Source: a virus. From it: a stretch of 64,000 nucleotides of DNA. A program made the translations under genes and the position numbers. Below the pieces are notes generated by a model, which saw only the letters and a list, made by a program, of their open reading frames with translations, did not search any database and was not told the DNA's origin. The stretch lies in the IMG/VR virus record IMGVR_UViG_3300035698_016797, positions 32,001 through 96,000 of that record, one strand, 5' to 3'. This document shows, piece by piece, positions 54,853-64,000 of the stretch (position 1 is the first letter of the stretch; every line of letters begins with the position of its first letter).

Positions 54853-55535
54853 TATGCATTAGCTCCTACTTGACTAACGGAGCCATCTTCCTCTACCTTT
54901 GTTACTCCACTTCCGTACATATCTATCACTCCAGTGTCTCCAGTAGTCACCATTGTTTCATAGTATGTAGAGATGCCACGCGAAGAAACATCTTTCATTG
55001 ACTTTGTACCTTTGCGTGTAGCTGTAAAGCTAAGCATGTTTCCAACAGCAATCCCAAGATTTTTTTGAACCTTTGTTAGATCCTGGTTTGCACCAACATA
55101 TGCAAAGGTCCAACGGCCAGTAGCCTGTTTTGCCTTGATAAGTTCAGATAGTTGTTCACTATTGAACCTTTTAGAAGCATTTTCCATTCCATCACTGACT
55201 ATCACAACCAGCACTGACACTCCTTCGTCATTGATGTCAGGAATATTTGCTGACATTCTTGTGATAGTTTCTCCAACCGCATCGTACATGGCGGTGGTTG
55301 TATCTGGAATATATGTTCCCTTATCAAGAGGCTTAACGGTCTTTGGATCAACATTAAAATGCACAACGTTAACCTTCTCACTAAACATTGTCATAACAAG
55401 CCTAGTATCAAGATTCAACGATGCAACCTTGGCCTTTTGCAAGTGCTCATTGAAGCCACTAAGTGCCTCTTCGAGAATACTCGCCATTGAACCACTACTA
55501 TCAAGAACTAATGCTGTATAATTTTTCTTAGCCAT
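54852..55535 (-). CDS. von Willebrand factor A domain protein
   Basis: LVLDSSGSM, TAMYDAVG, SDGMENAS, W.F.YVGAN. Confidence 0.88.
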   Translation of the reverse strand: MAKKNYTALVLDSSGSMASILEEALSGFNEHLQKAKVASLNLDTRLVMTMFSEKVNVVHFNVDPKTVKPLDKGTYIPDTTTAMYDAVGETITRMSANIPDINDEGVSVLVVIVSDGMENASKRFNSEQLSELIKAKQATGRWTFAYVGANQDLTKVQKNLGIAVGNMLSFTATRKGTKSMKDVSSRGISTYYETMVTTGDTGVIDMYGSGVTKVEEDGSVSQVGANA

Positions 55536-55546
55536 TACTCATCTCC

Positions 55547-56005
55547 TTAAAACGGGATGTCATCTGCAAGGTCATCTTCATCGCTCTCTGGAGCAGGCTT
55601 AGCGGGTGCCTTTGCCTCTTCTTTTTCTGGAGGAACATCCATATTAGGATCTGCCTCTCCAAGAATCTTGTAGTCTATTACAAAGAACTCGTGTTCATAC
55701 CTACGATTGCCATCCTTGTCTTCCCACGAACGCGTACGATAAGACGACACTATTCCGATAGGAACATTCGGAGTAAGCTCTTCGGCCATCCTTTCTGCAA
55801 TTTCTCCCCATGCAATTATAGGGACATAAGTACTTCTAAACTTCTTCTCTCCAGAAGTCTGTTCGAGCCAGCTCTCTGTAATCTTTAAATTAACCTTGGT
55901 TAAAATGTTACCACTATCAAAAGTCTTCGTTTCAACTCCCGTTTCATACCTTTTGCTAGGACAAACGGTGCCTTCAAATCTACAAATGTTCTTTTCATCA
56001 GCCAT
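55547..56005 (-). CDS. ssb: single-stranded DNA-binding protein
   Basis: OB-fold pattern, TRSWEDKDG..RY, acidic C-terminus DDIPF. Confidence 0.9.
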   Translation of the reverse strand: MADEKNICRFEGTVCPSKRYETGVETKTFDSGNILTKVNLKITESWLEQTSGEKKFRSTYVPIIAWGEIAERMAEELTPNVPIGIVSSYRTRSWEDKDGNRRYEHEFFVIDYKILGEADPNMDVPPEKEEAKAPAKPAPESDEDDLADDIPF

Positions 56006-56046
56006 TTTTTAGTCTCCTTATGTATTCCAGGCTTTGTATCTATACT

Positions 56047-57111
56047 TTACTCGCTTGTGATCATATTGCAAGTGATTTTGTTAGAAAAAGACATTAAATT
56101 TTGCAACGTACCACGATCCAAATCTCCCAAATCCTTATCTTCCGGCGGAAGATATTGATACACTGTACAAAAATTCACAATCTGTTTTACATTATTGTGA
56201 GATGCCATAATTCCTTCAGAGTCTCCGTCTAGTGCCATCAAAACACTATGAGAGTGTTCAAGCAACAGTCTTCGCTGTTCAAGCGTGATTACCTTTCCCA
56301 TTAATGCCACAACATTATAGACTCCCATCATCCAACACTTCCACACGTCGGAAAAACCTTCTGCCACAACAACAAACCCTTGTTCTTCTATGTAGGGCAA
56401 AGCGTTGGAAAGATTATATAAGTTATCTCTTTTTTGACTTCCGCTCAATATTTTATACTTGTCTCCAACATAGTATGGATCAAGCACCCTTCCAGACACG
56501 CCAACAATTTCTCTGTCTACATTTCTAAACGGAACAGTTACCCTATCCTCTTTCCATTCGCTCCTATATCTTGGACAAAACCCAACCTGATATGAGGACA
56601 ATACGTCCTTAGAAAAACCTCTTTCAAGGAAGTAGGCGCACTTTCTCCTAGTACACTCTTCTATAAAAGCCTCATTAATATCAGGACACACGTAGTCTCC
56701 TATTCTTTTTCTGTCCCTTAGCATTTCTTTTCGAAATGCCGCAACATCTTCCATGTCTCTATTCCTAGAGACGTAGACCTCTTCGTAGTCATCAAGGCTC
56801 ACCCCTACAAAAGAGGCAACCCAGGCTATCGACTTTGGAAATGACACATCATACAGCTTCATTACCAGAGAGTATACATCTCCGGCATCACTGCACTTAG
56901 TTCTACACATCCATCTCAGAGGTCTTTGTCCTGTCACATCATAGTCTATAGAGAAAGCTGTTGTATTATCTCCTTTATGAATAGGACATGTTCCTCTAAT
57001 CTGGCCATATCTATCCTTTGCAATCATCAATCCAACCTTATCTGCAAGTTTGTATGCGTCTACACGCTTCGCAAGGTCATCAAGCTGGTCTTTTGTTAGT
57101 CTAGTGCTCAT
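56047..57111 (-). CDS. dnaG: DNA primase (CHC2 zinc finger + TOPRIM)
   Basis: CPIH...C..C..GD, PF.....VG..GR, EGF.D, LDGD..G. Confidence 0.88.
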   Translation of the reverse strand: MSTRLTKDQLDDLAKRVDAYKLADKVGLMIAKDRYGQIRGTCPIHKGDNTTAFSIDYDVTGQRPLRWMCRTKCSDAGDVYSLVMKLYDVSFPKSIAWVASFVGVSLDDYEEVYVSRNRDMEDVAAFRKEMLRDRKRIGDYVCPDINEAFIEECTRRKCAYFLERGFSKDVLSSYQVGFCPRYRSEWKEDRVTVPFRNVDREIVGVSGRVLDPYYVGDKYKILSGSQKRDNLYNLSNALPYIEEQGFVVVAEGFSDVWKCWMMGVYNVVALMGKVITLEQRRLLLEHSHSVLMALDGDSEGIMASHNNVKQIVNFCTVYQYLPPEDKDLGDLDRGTLQNLMSFSNKITCNMITSE

Positions 57112-57115
57112 TTTA

Positions 57116-58702
57116 TCACTCCAATGACCCTTTTTCTGACTGCGCAATAACATTAGTGCTAGTGTCTTCTACTCCATATTTTCTTTCCCTTTTACTGTCT
57201 GCACCGTTTGCGCTCCTAACTTCCTTTAGAATGTCTTCTGGGACATTGCATTCTTGATAGGATATTTTTGGACCACTATACATTAGGGGTATTCCCTCAA
57301 AACATGTTGGACCCTGTCTTTGATCTACAACATGTAACATCTGATTAAAGTAAAATTCTGGATCATAACGGTTAACAACAGCAAGTTCTGATTCCGTAAG
57401 CTTCCTAAGCCAAATCAAACATGTGCAAAAACGAAGTAGTCTGTCTGAGTCTGCGAGAAACTTGTCAGCATATTCGGCAGACGTACCATCAACATCCTTT
57501 CCTTTGCCAGACCTGTTAGCCTGTGCCCCTGCAACCACAGGAACATCAAGTTCACGGGCTATGTTTTTAATTGCAGTAGCTATGTATCCAAGTTCTTGGT
57601 ATTCTTTGACATTATTTCCAAACCCACCACCATCTACAACCTTGAGCCAATCATAAACAATGAGACAAGGTTTAGTTTTCATCTCTCCGTTAATCTCTTC
57701 CTCTCCAACGTGCTGAGTCTTAAACTGGCGACACCTACTGATTAACTCCTCTTTCGATAAGCCTTTAACTGCGGAATAAAAGAACGGTGCATTATTAAAC
57801 AGACTAACAACGTCATTAACTTTCTTGGTTTTATCGACGTCGTCTGCAAACTTTCCGTCAAGAATATCCCACTCCTCTACGTCTGCCCACCTTGCAATTG
57901 CCCTTGACAACTGCTCCTCTTCTGACATTTCTGTATCCAAATAAAGAACTGGTATGTTTTGATGACAAGCTACATCTATAGCCATGTTGAGAAAGAATGC
58001 AGACTTCCCTGTCTTCGGACGTGCAAAAACAATGATCAACTGCTTCCTTCTAACTCTGTTTAATACCTCCATCAACTGAGGAAAAAGTCCAACATCAATA
58101 CCTGCACTGTTTGTTCCTCGCGCAAGAATACATCCCTCAACAAACTTTTCAGCCATCTCTCCCAGCTTAACAATATCCTGGTTCCCTCTGTCTGAGGAGA
58201 TGTTTAGAATCATTTTTTCTACGTCTGCTAAAAACTCTCTCCTTGGTACGCGAGATGCGTCGAGAGCTTCTCTCTGAATTTCGCGAGCCTTACGATATGT
58301 GTGTACCCTATCACTTCTTTGTCTTAGGGTTTCGACATACTGATCAAACGATTCTGTTTTTGCAGGAGACTTCTCTATCAACTCAAGATGCTCCATATCT
58401 CCAACCTTCTTTAGGAATGCATCTCCTCTTCCAAGTTCCTTTGCCGCCGACAACATAGACATCGAGTCGTAGAAGGCGTCTTTTCCATCTCTGAGTTGTC
58501 TGTTGTGTAAGTATACCATCGTTTGATAAATGGTTCTGTTGTACAGATTAAAGATATCTTCGGGCTTAATAGACAGTCTCGCCTGTGCCATAAGTACAGG
58601 ATCTTTCATAATTGCCGACAAGAGTGCCCTTTCTGCTCCGGTATCATACATTGATGATTCTTCATCGAAGAATTGTTCTTCTTGTATTATCGTTTTAGCC
58701 AT
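57116..58702 (-). CDS. dnaB: replicative DNA helicase
   Basis: AERALLS, ARPKTGKS, LDTEMS, IVYDW, Q.NR, DQRQGP. Confidence 0.88.
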   Translation of the reverse strand: MAKTIIQEEQFFDEESSMYDTGAERALLSAIMKDPVLMAQARLSIKPEDIFNLYNRTIYQTMVYLHNRQLRDGKDAFYDSMSMLSAAKELGRGDAFLKKVGDMEHLELIEKSPAKTESFDQYVETLRQRSDRVHTYRKAREIQREALDASRVPRREFLADVEKMILNISSDRGNQDIVKLGEMAEKFVEGCILARGTNSAGIDVGLFPQLMEVLNRVRRKQLIIVFARPKTGKSAFFLNMAIDVACHQNIPVLYLDTEMSEEEQLSRAIARWADVEEWDILDGKFADDVDKTKKVNDVVSLFNNAPFFYSAVKGLSKEELISRCRQFKTQHVGEEEINGEMKTKPCLIVYDWLKVVDGGGFGNNVKEYQELGYIATAIKNIARELDVPVVAGAQANRSGKGKDVDGTSAEYADKFLADSDRLLRFCTCLIWLRKLTESELAVVNRYDPEFYFNQMLHVVDQRQGPTCFEGIPLMYSGPKISYQECNVPEDILKEVRSANGADSKRERKYGVEDTSTNVIAQSEKGSLE

Positions 58703-58713
58703 GTGTTGTTACC

Positions 58714-59346
58714 TTATTTGTTATCGTTTGTATGCTTTGGTGCCAAACTTCCATACTGTACTTCATGTTGACGCATTTGCAAAGTCTTTTTAAGACTGTT
58801 ATCTAATTGTTCTAACACGCTAGCCATCCCATCACACTTAGCACGAAATACCTGAAATGCGTTATGTCGCATCTCTCTTTCTCTCAACTTGGGATATGTA
58901 GCCACAGCCTCAGCTTCTCTTTCTCCAACTGTTTTACCACTACATCTAGTAGAATACAGCTTTAACATTCTCTTAAACTCCACCTTTGACATATCACACA
59001 TCACTCCCCAGTGATTCTCCTTTCCCTTTACAAATACGATATGAGCAGCCAAACACATTTCGTATTCGTGTAGTTTAATCAGTGGGCAATCAAATAGATA
59101 TGCTTGATTCCACCTCATATAATGAATAATTTCTTCGAGAGCATTTCCCTCTTCATAGGAGTCTGGACTTTCCAGAGCAGCTGTTCCAAGTTTCTTAGTT
59201 GCAACATTTGCCAACCTCTTTACTCTGAGCCTGTGTTCCTCTCCGGCAACAGCATGTCTCAAAAGTTCCTCGATCTCTATCTCTTCATGTGCCTCCACAT
59301 CAGATTCTGGAGTCTCAGCTTCGATGTTTTTGATTTTTTCTACCAT
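58714..59346 (-). CDS. hypothetical helical protein
   Basis: likely start MVEKIK at 59346 (GGAGG RBS). Confidence 0.6.
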   Translation of the reverse strand: MVEKIKNIEAETPESDVEAHEEIEIEELLRHAVAGEEHRLRVKRLANVATKKLGTAALESPDSYEEGNALEEIIHYMRWNQAYLFDCPLIKLHEYEMCLAAHIVFVKGKENHWGVMCDMSKVEFKRMLKLYSTRCSGKTVGEREAEAVATYPKLREREMRHNAFQVFRAKCDGMASVLEQLDNSLKKTLQMRQHEVQYGSLAPKHTNDNK

Positions 59347-59347
59347 T

Positions 59348-59731
59348 TTAGATAGCCTCCATAATTCGCTTGTAAACCAATTTTTCTGTAATCTCTTCGT
59401 TGTAGGCAAAGGTTATCAGCCTCGCGTGGTTTTCTTTACACCACTCTCTCTTCATAACATCATAGCCTTGTTGTTTTTGAAAGGCAAGTATGTCTTGGTG
59501 AAAATGTCCAACGCGCTCAAAGTGCTGAATTCCATGACACTCAATGGCTATATCCAGTTGCGGAAGAAAAAAGTCTAAGAAAAATGAGTGCTTATTGTTG
59601 AAGTCGTCTACTACTTCAATTTTATGCTCCTGCCACACCTTCTGTAGGGGTAGAATCTTTTTCAGCATTATCAGTAGGATTTTCTGCATCCTGGATGCAT
59701 TCTTTGTCAGTAATGTTCTGTGCTTCGCCAT
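59348..59731 (-). CDS. DUF559/Vsr-like endonuclease
   Basis: LDFFLP..DIAIECHG.QH, D..K..WC. Confidence 0.75.
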   Translation of the reverse strand: MAKHRTLLTKNASRMQKILLIMLKKILPLQKVWQEHKIEVVDDFNNKHSFFLDFFLPQLDIAIECHGIQHFERVGHFHQDILAFQKQQGYDVMKREWCKENHARLITFAYNEEITEKLVYKRIMEAI

Positions 59732-60821
59732 ATTCTCTACCTTTGCGTTTCATTATATAATGTTCTATGACCTGTGTGCGCAAATTATCAAATAAATCCA
59801 TCTCTTCCATAAAGAGATTCTTTAGCTGTCTTAATCCCTGAACCTTATGATCTCCGATAGTAATCCAACTACTATCCTTTTGTACAAGGCTGTACTCTGT
59901 GGCGAGTTTCATACAGTCTGCTACGGAATCAATTCCAAGACCATACTCGATGTTAAACTCTGCTGTTCTAAATGGGTTGTCAATCTTGCTTTTGGCAACC
60001 TTACCTTTAACAGTATGTCCAGTAACATCCCCTGTTGGAGTTTTAATTGACCCCGTTCTACGCAAGTCAAGACGCACAGAAAGTGCATGTTTCAAAGCCC
60101 TGCCTCCTGGAGTAGTCTCTGGACTTCCAAACGTAACTCCAATTTTCTCTCGAATCTGATTGGTCACAACACATGCGGTGTTTGATCTCTCTAGCTGTAG
60201 GGGCAGCTTGTTTACCATATCAGTAACAAGCCTTGCCAGTGTGGCAACATGTCTATCTCCAATTTCTCCCTTCATCACAGCCTCTGGAATCAATGCCGCA
60301 ATAGAGTCTAATATCAGAAGACCTATCTCTCCGGTGCTAATGAGATTTAAAACTGCCTTAACAGCATTCTCTCCTGTATCAGGCCGAACAACCAACAGGT
60401 CATTAGTTGAAACCCCTTGTGCACTTGCATACTTAAAGTCGTACGCATGTTCGGCGTCAATAAATGCACACTTCAAACCCTGCATCTGTGCAGATGCTAT
60501 AAGGTGACTACATAATGTAGTTTTACCACAACTCTCAGGACCGAACACTTCAGTAAGACGTCCACGAGGAACTCCCATTGAATATGTTCCATCGGCTCTT
60601 TTTGAAACAGGACCGATAGCGAAGTCCAAAGCTAAAGAACCTGTTGAGATCTGGTCGTAAACTCCCATGGCTCCATCTTCTATACCTATTTGATAGGTTG
60701 TATCAGAATCTTTACAGATAGTATTGAGAGTATTTGTAATAAGTGGAGAAAAAGTTTTCTGCTTAAGCTTTAACTCTTTACCTACGTCTTCAACTGTGGC
60801 AACTTTCTTTCGTCTACCCAT
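59622..60821 (-). CDS. recA: recombinase RecA
   Basis: ISTGSLALD, E.FGPESCGKTTL, FIDAEH, DSIAAL, NQIREKIG..FG.PETTPGGRALK. Confidence 0.95.
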   Translation of the reverse strand: MGRRKKVATVEDVGKELKLKQKTFSPLITNTLNTICKDSDTTYQIGIEDGAMGVYDQISTGSLALDFAIGPVSKRADGTYSMGVPRGRLTEVFGPESCGKTTLCSHLIASAQMQGLKCAFIDAEHAYDFKYASAQGVSTNDLLVVRPDTGENAVKAVLNLISTGEIGLLILDSIAALIPEAVMKGEIGDRHVATLARLVTDMVNKLPLQLERSNTACVVTNQIREKIGVTFGSPETTPGGRALKHALSVRLDLRRTGSIKTPTGDVTGHTVKGKVAKSKIDNPFRTAEFNIEYGLGIDSVADCMKLATEYSLVQKDSSWITIGDHKVQGLRQLKNLFMEEMDLFDNLRTQVIEHYIMKRKGREYGEAQNITDKECIQDAENPTDNAEKDSTPTEGVAGA

Positions 60822-60878
60822 AATTTATCTCCTATATAATATTTGATACAATGTACTACTACTGTATAAAAATTCAAG

Positions 60879-61946
60879 TTAGTTATTTTTATTTCTTACT
60901 TTTTTCCTATACTCTTCTGTTCTTTTGGACATCAATTCGTGAGCCTTCTTTGCTGTGTCAGAATTACGCAAGTTGTGCAGCCTTTCCTGCTCTGTAATAT
61001 CTTCAAAGATTTGCTCTACTATGTCCATTATCCATTGTGTACCTATGACGGCCATACTAGGCTTGATAGGTCTGTTAATCTTCTCCGAAATCTTGTCAGT
61101 ATGAAGGAATATTGTTTTTAGTAGCCTATAGAGGATTTTGTTCCCATACTTTTTCATATACCGACCCATCAATTTACAATCTTTACCCCATACAGGAAAA
61201 CTGAGGACACTTGTTGTGTCTTGACTGTGTGCAATACCACAGAAATAGAATATCACAAAATCTCTACTGGTCCAGTCTGAGATGTTCTTTTCAAGAGTCT
61301 CTTCTAGTAACATGTATTCTCGATACACAGGGTAAGACTTAAGAGCTTCGTCTGGATCAACCTTAACTCTCTTATCCTTTCCATTAGAAGAAGATTTTTT
61401 AGATTCTAAAGGAGAAGCGACAACGCTCGCTTCCTTCTCTTCAATATGAGTCTCTTCAATATGAGTCTCTTTAAGGGAGGTTAACCCCTGTTTACTTCCC
61501 GAGGTTAACACGGGTTTACTTCCCGAGGTTAATATGGGTTTACTTCCCGAAGTTAACACGGGTTTACTTCCTGATTCCAACTCTTCGTCTGCAAGAGCAG
61601 ATGCGTCTATATTATCCAGTTCAGAATCTCCTTCGTGGAAGAGAGGATGGTCTAAAAAGAAGTATACACAAGACCTGTTATTTCTTCTGTCAACACCTTT
61701 TGGTTTTGTAACTTCTACTAGTGCCACGTTTTCTAGCTCTACTAAATATTTGAGAATAGTAGGTTTTGAAACTCCTAGTGCTTCTGCAAGAGTATTTTGT
61801 TTGGGGAAACAAAATCCATCTCTTCCTGCATATTGGGCGAGTCTACCATATGTAATCTTAGCACCGGCAGATATGATTTTGCTTTCAACAAGACAGTTCG
61901 GAATAAAGATTCCAACAAACTTCCTGTGTGGATTTATCCTATTCAT
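60879..61946 (-). CDS. HTH replication initiator-like protein
   Basis: GAK..YG.L...G..G.CFP...TLA..LGVS..TI...L.EL winged-HTH; internal SGSKPVLT repeats. Confidence 0.75.
   Translation of the reverse strand: MNRINPHRKFVGIFIPNCLVESKIISAGAKITYGRLAQYAGRDGFCFPKQNTLAEALGVSKPTILKYLVELENVALVEVTKPKGVDRRNNRSCVYFFLDHPLFHEGDSELDNIDASALADEELESGSKPVLTSGSKPILTSGSKPVLTSGSKQGLTSLKETHIEETHIEEKEASVVASPLESKKSSSNGKDKRVKVDPDEALKSYPVYREYMLLEETLEKNISDWTSRDFVIFYFCGIAHSQDTTSVLSFPVWGKDCKLMGRYMKKYGNKILYRLLKTIFLHTDKISEKINRPIKPSMAVIGTQWIMDIVEQIFEDITEQERLHNLRNSDTAKKAHELMSKRTEEYRKKVRNKNN
61477..61572. repeat. four 24-bp direct repeats (iteron-like) inside the initiator gene
   Basis: gaggttaacacgggtttacttccc consensus x4, mostly containing the palindrome GTTAAC; adjacent 15-bp duplication 61436-61470. 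Confidence 0.9.
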
Positions 61947-62002
61947 TTTTTTTTATCTCCTTATGAATACAGGTTGAGTTGGTGGCAAGATATCATATTT
62001 TA

Positions 62003-62016
62003 TCGTGTGTTCAAGT
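62003..62016 (-). promoter_or_regulatory. 14-bp motif upstream of the initiator gene, identical to 42386-42399
   Basis: tcgtgtgttcaagt; on - strand TTGAAC-N16-TATCTT. Confidence 0.45.
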
Positions 62017-62071
62017 GATGCGATCATGTTTTAAGTGAAAAAATCCCCATGCCAAAGGCATAATATATAAC

Positions 62072-62707
62072 ATGGAGGACTCAATAATGAACAATGCTAT
62101 TGTAAAAAACCTGTTTTATGTCTATCTTCTGTCTTTTACCTTGGGATTTTCTGGATGCATCAGCTCACCATTTGCACAACGTAGAATCACAAAAACTGAA
62201 CTTTCTAGCTCAAGAGAAGCTGCTGCCGTAAAAGAACGGTCAGCGTCGGTCGTTCATCATTCCCAAACTATACAGTCAACCTCAAAAAAAACAAGAAAAG
62301 ACTTGAAAATTGATGAAAGTATAGGTAAAGTAGCTCCAGAAACCTATGAAAGAACTGCCAGTAGATTACAATTCATAGAGGGGGAAGCAAAACAAATCGA
62401 AAATAAAGGTCTTGACAACATTAAGTCAAGCAGGCATATTATCTCCATAAATGACGGACAAGTGCAGTTAACATGGTGGGGCAAGCTGATTATAGTAGGA
62501 ATAGTCTCCTTTTTTGTACTTGGATTATTGTCTTGGTTAACCCTAACCCTAAAACAATGGGGGCTACTCAAAGGTATAAGGATGGCTACAGAAGGTACGG
62601 CTGAACTTGTTGGAAAAAAATGGTTAATAGATGACCGAACAGAAAATTCCCATATGTCTCCGTACATGTTTGAGAAGGCAGTGGATAGACAACAGAAAAA
62701 AGCTTAA
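62072..62707 (+). CDS. putative lipoprotein with coiled coil and TM segment
   Basis: LGFSGC lipobox, helical middle, hydrophobic WWGKLIIVGIVSFFVLGLL. Confidence 0.55.
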   Translation: MEDSIMNNAIVKNLFYVYLLSFTLGFSGCISSPFAQRRITKTELSSSREAAAVKERSASVVHHSQTIQSTSKKTRKDLKIDESIGKVAPETYERTASRLQFIEGEAKQIENKGLDNIKSSRHIISINDGQVQLTWWGKLIIVGIVSFFVLGLLSWLTLTLKQWGLLKGIRMATEGTAELVGKKWLIDDRTENSHMSPYMFEKAVDRQQKKA

Positions 62708-62732
62708 TAATGTAAACAGAGGAGTGTTCAAT

Positions 62733-63992
62733 ATGCAAACTGATGAAAAAAGGTTTGAAGACTACATCGAAGAGGTTGAATTCCTTATGAGACCGGTCGA
62801 AGAAGGAGGCAAGGGTTTGGGACGTATCCTCTTAGCTCGCGAACTGGGTATACATCCAAGCAGAGCACAGAGATGGATGATTAAGGTTGCAAGTCTACAA
62901 AACGGTAGCGACACAGAAGTTATGCTGGAAGTCGTACAGCTTGCACAAAGTAAACAAAAACTACAAGATAAAAATCGCATTCAAGGTAAGGTTTTTAGGG
63001 AAAGTGCAAGAATAGGAAACTCTATAGAGGCTTATACTAAACAGTTGATTGATGTGATTACCGCAAATCAGATTCATACAACCACAGAATTCCAGAGTGA
63101 AAACTCTTCGGCAGTAGGGATTGTTCATGTGTCTGATGCTCATTTTAATGAACTTGTGGATATGTGTAGCAATAAATACAACTTTAGAGTTGCGTCGGCA
63201 CGTTTTAAGAAACTTGCAACAAAGGTTCTTCAGTGTGCTGAAGCGTTTGGGATTACAAACCTTCTGTTGGCAATGACTGGTGATATGATGAATTCAGACC
63301 GAAGGCTTGATGAACTCCTGTCCATGACTACCAACAGAACTAATGCAACGTTTCTTGCTGTAGATATTCTTCAACAGTTTATCGTTCACCTAAACTCTAA
63401 GTGTAATGTTACAGTTGCCTATGTTACAGGTAACGAGTCACGTATACAAAAAGATATAGGGTGGAGCAAAATGGTTGCTACGGACAATTACGACACAACC
63501 ATTTTTAACATCCTCAAGTATTATTTCAACAACTCAGATGGAATTGACTTTATAGACGGAGATCCAAGGGAACTCGTAGTGAATGTTGCTGGCAAAAATA
63601 TCCTCATGATACATGGCCATGGCAATGTAATAAAGGGTGATGTTGAAAAAAGCGTTGAACAAATTAAGGGAAGATATGCTTCTCATGGCACTAATATCGA
63701 CTATGTTATCTTTGGACATAAACACTCTGCGTGTATAGGAGACGTGTTTGCAAGAGCAGGTTCGGTTGTAGGAGGAAATGCCTATAGCGAAATGGGTCTT
63801 AACCTTAGCAGCAGGGCGAGTCAAAATCTCTACGTTGTTAATGAGGACGGATCTCTTGATGGGATGAAAATTGACCTTCAAACGTATGACGAAAACGATC
63901 GTTATGACATAGAAGAAAGTCTTGAATCATATAACCCCAAAAGCGAAAACAAGATTGTTGATCACAACACAGTCTTTCAAGTAGTAGTATAG
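62733..63992 (+). CDS. metallophosphoesterase with N-terminal HTH
   Basis: SDAH, GDMM, GNE, HGH, FGHKH; N-terminal GR..LARELGI. Confidence 0.85.
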   Translation: MQTDEKRFEDYIEEVEFLMRPVEEGGKGLGRILLARELGIHPSRAQRWMIKVASLQNGSDTEVMLEVVQLAQSKQKLQDKNRIQGKVFRESARIGNSIEAYTKQLIDVITANQIHTTTEFQSENSSAVGIVHVSDAHFNELVDMCSNKYNFRVASARFKKLATKVLQCAEAFGITNLLLAMTGDMMNSDRRLDELLSMTTNRTNATFLAVDILQQFIVHLNSKCNVTVAYVTGNESRIQKDIGWSKMVATDNYDTTIFNILKYYFNNSDGIDFIDGDPRELVVNVAGKNILMIHGHGNVIKGDVEKSVEQIKGRYASHGTNIDYVIFGHKHSACIGDVFARAGSVVGGNAYSEMGLNLSSRASQNLYVVNEDGSLDGMKIDLQTYDENDRYDIEESLESYNPKSENKIVDHNTVFQVVV

Positions 63993-64000
63993 GAAGTTAA

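Noticed and set aside
573-63881. Numerous antisense ORFs in the six-frame track (e.g. 8046..8426, 20363..20887, 39059..39589)
   Set aside because: They are shadows of well-supported genes on the opposite strand, with no motifs or RBS.
1-64000. CRISPR array
   Set aside because: No series of equal-length repeats with unique spacers; the tandem repeats found are in-frame coding repeats.
1-64000. Alternative genetic code (stop-codon reassignment)
   Set aside because: Conserved genes (nrdJ, recA, dnaB, ruvB, dnaE halves) read intact in the standard code and TAA, TAG and TGA all end genes.

Overview
This looks like a 64-kb segment of a large (jumbo-type) dsDNA bacteriophage genome: dense small hypothetical genes, a phage-type replication and nucleotide-metabolism set, and no virion structural genes, rRNA or CRISPR array. 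Genes run on + from 1 to 35.4 kb, on - from 35.5 to 61.9 kb, and on + again from 62 kb. Recognisable blocks: (1) a complete ubiquitin-like conjugation operon (triple-Ubl precursor, E2-D-like, JAB, ThiF/E1) plus an extra Ubl-like fusion; (2) a retron-type reverse transcriptase (NAxxH, YADD, VTG) with no upstream ncRNA; (3) RuvB, RNA ligase, DEDDh exonuclease, class II ribonucleotide reductase and a pseudo-tRNA/structured-RNA cluster; (4) a replisome/recombination module (Rad52/Sak, split DnaE, PD-(D/E)xK nuclease, RuvC-like, SSB, DnaG, DnaB, RecA, HTH initiator with iteron-like repeats) interrupted by an 11-gene glycosylation/methylation island. The main discovery candidate is five non-coding elements downstream of the RT (16440-16670, 16901-17071, 19275-19523, 23948-24381, 24383-24636). 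They share a retron-like grammar: terminal inverted repeat, G right after the 5' arm, AG right before the 3' arm, and a GATG-N3-CATC hairpin. Their long internal stems differ completely, and one carries eight CCWGG sites that can pair into four duplex arms. The inference is one phage RT serving a family of msDNA-like templates, possibly DNA decoys. All annotations are by eye from motifs and hand-folding; no searches were run.
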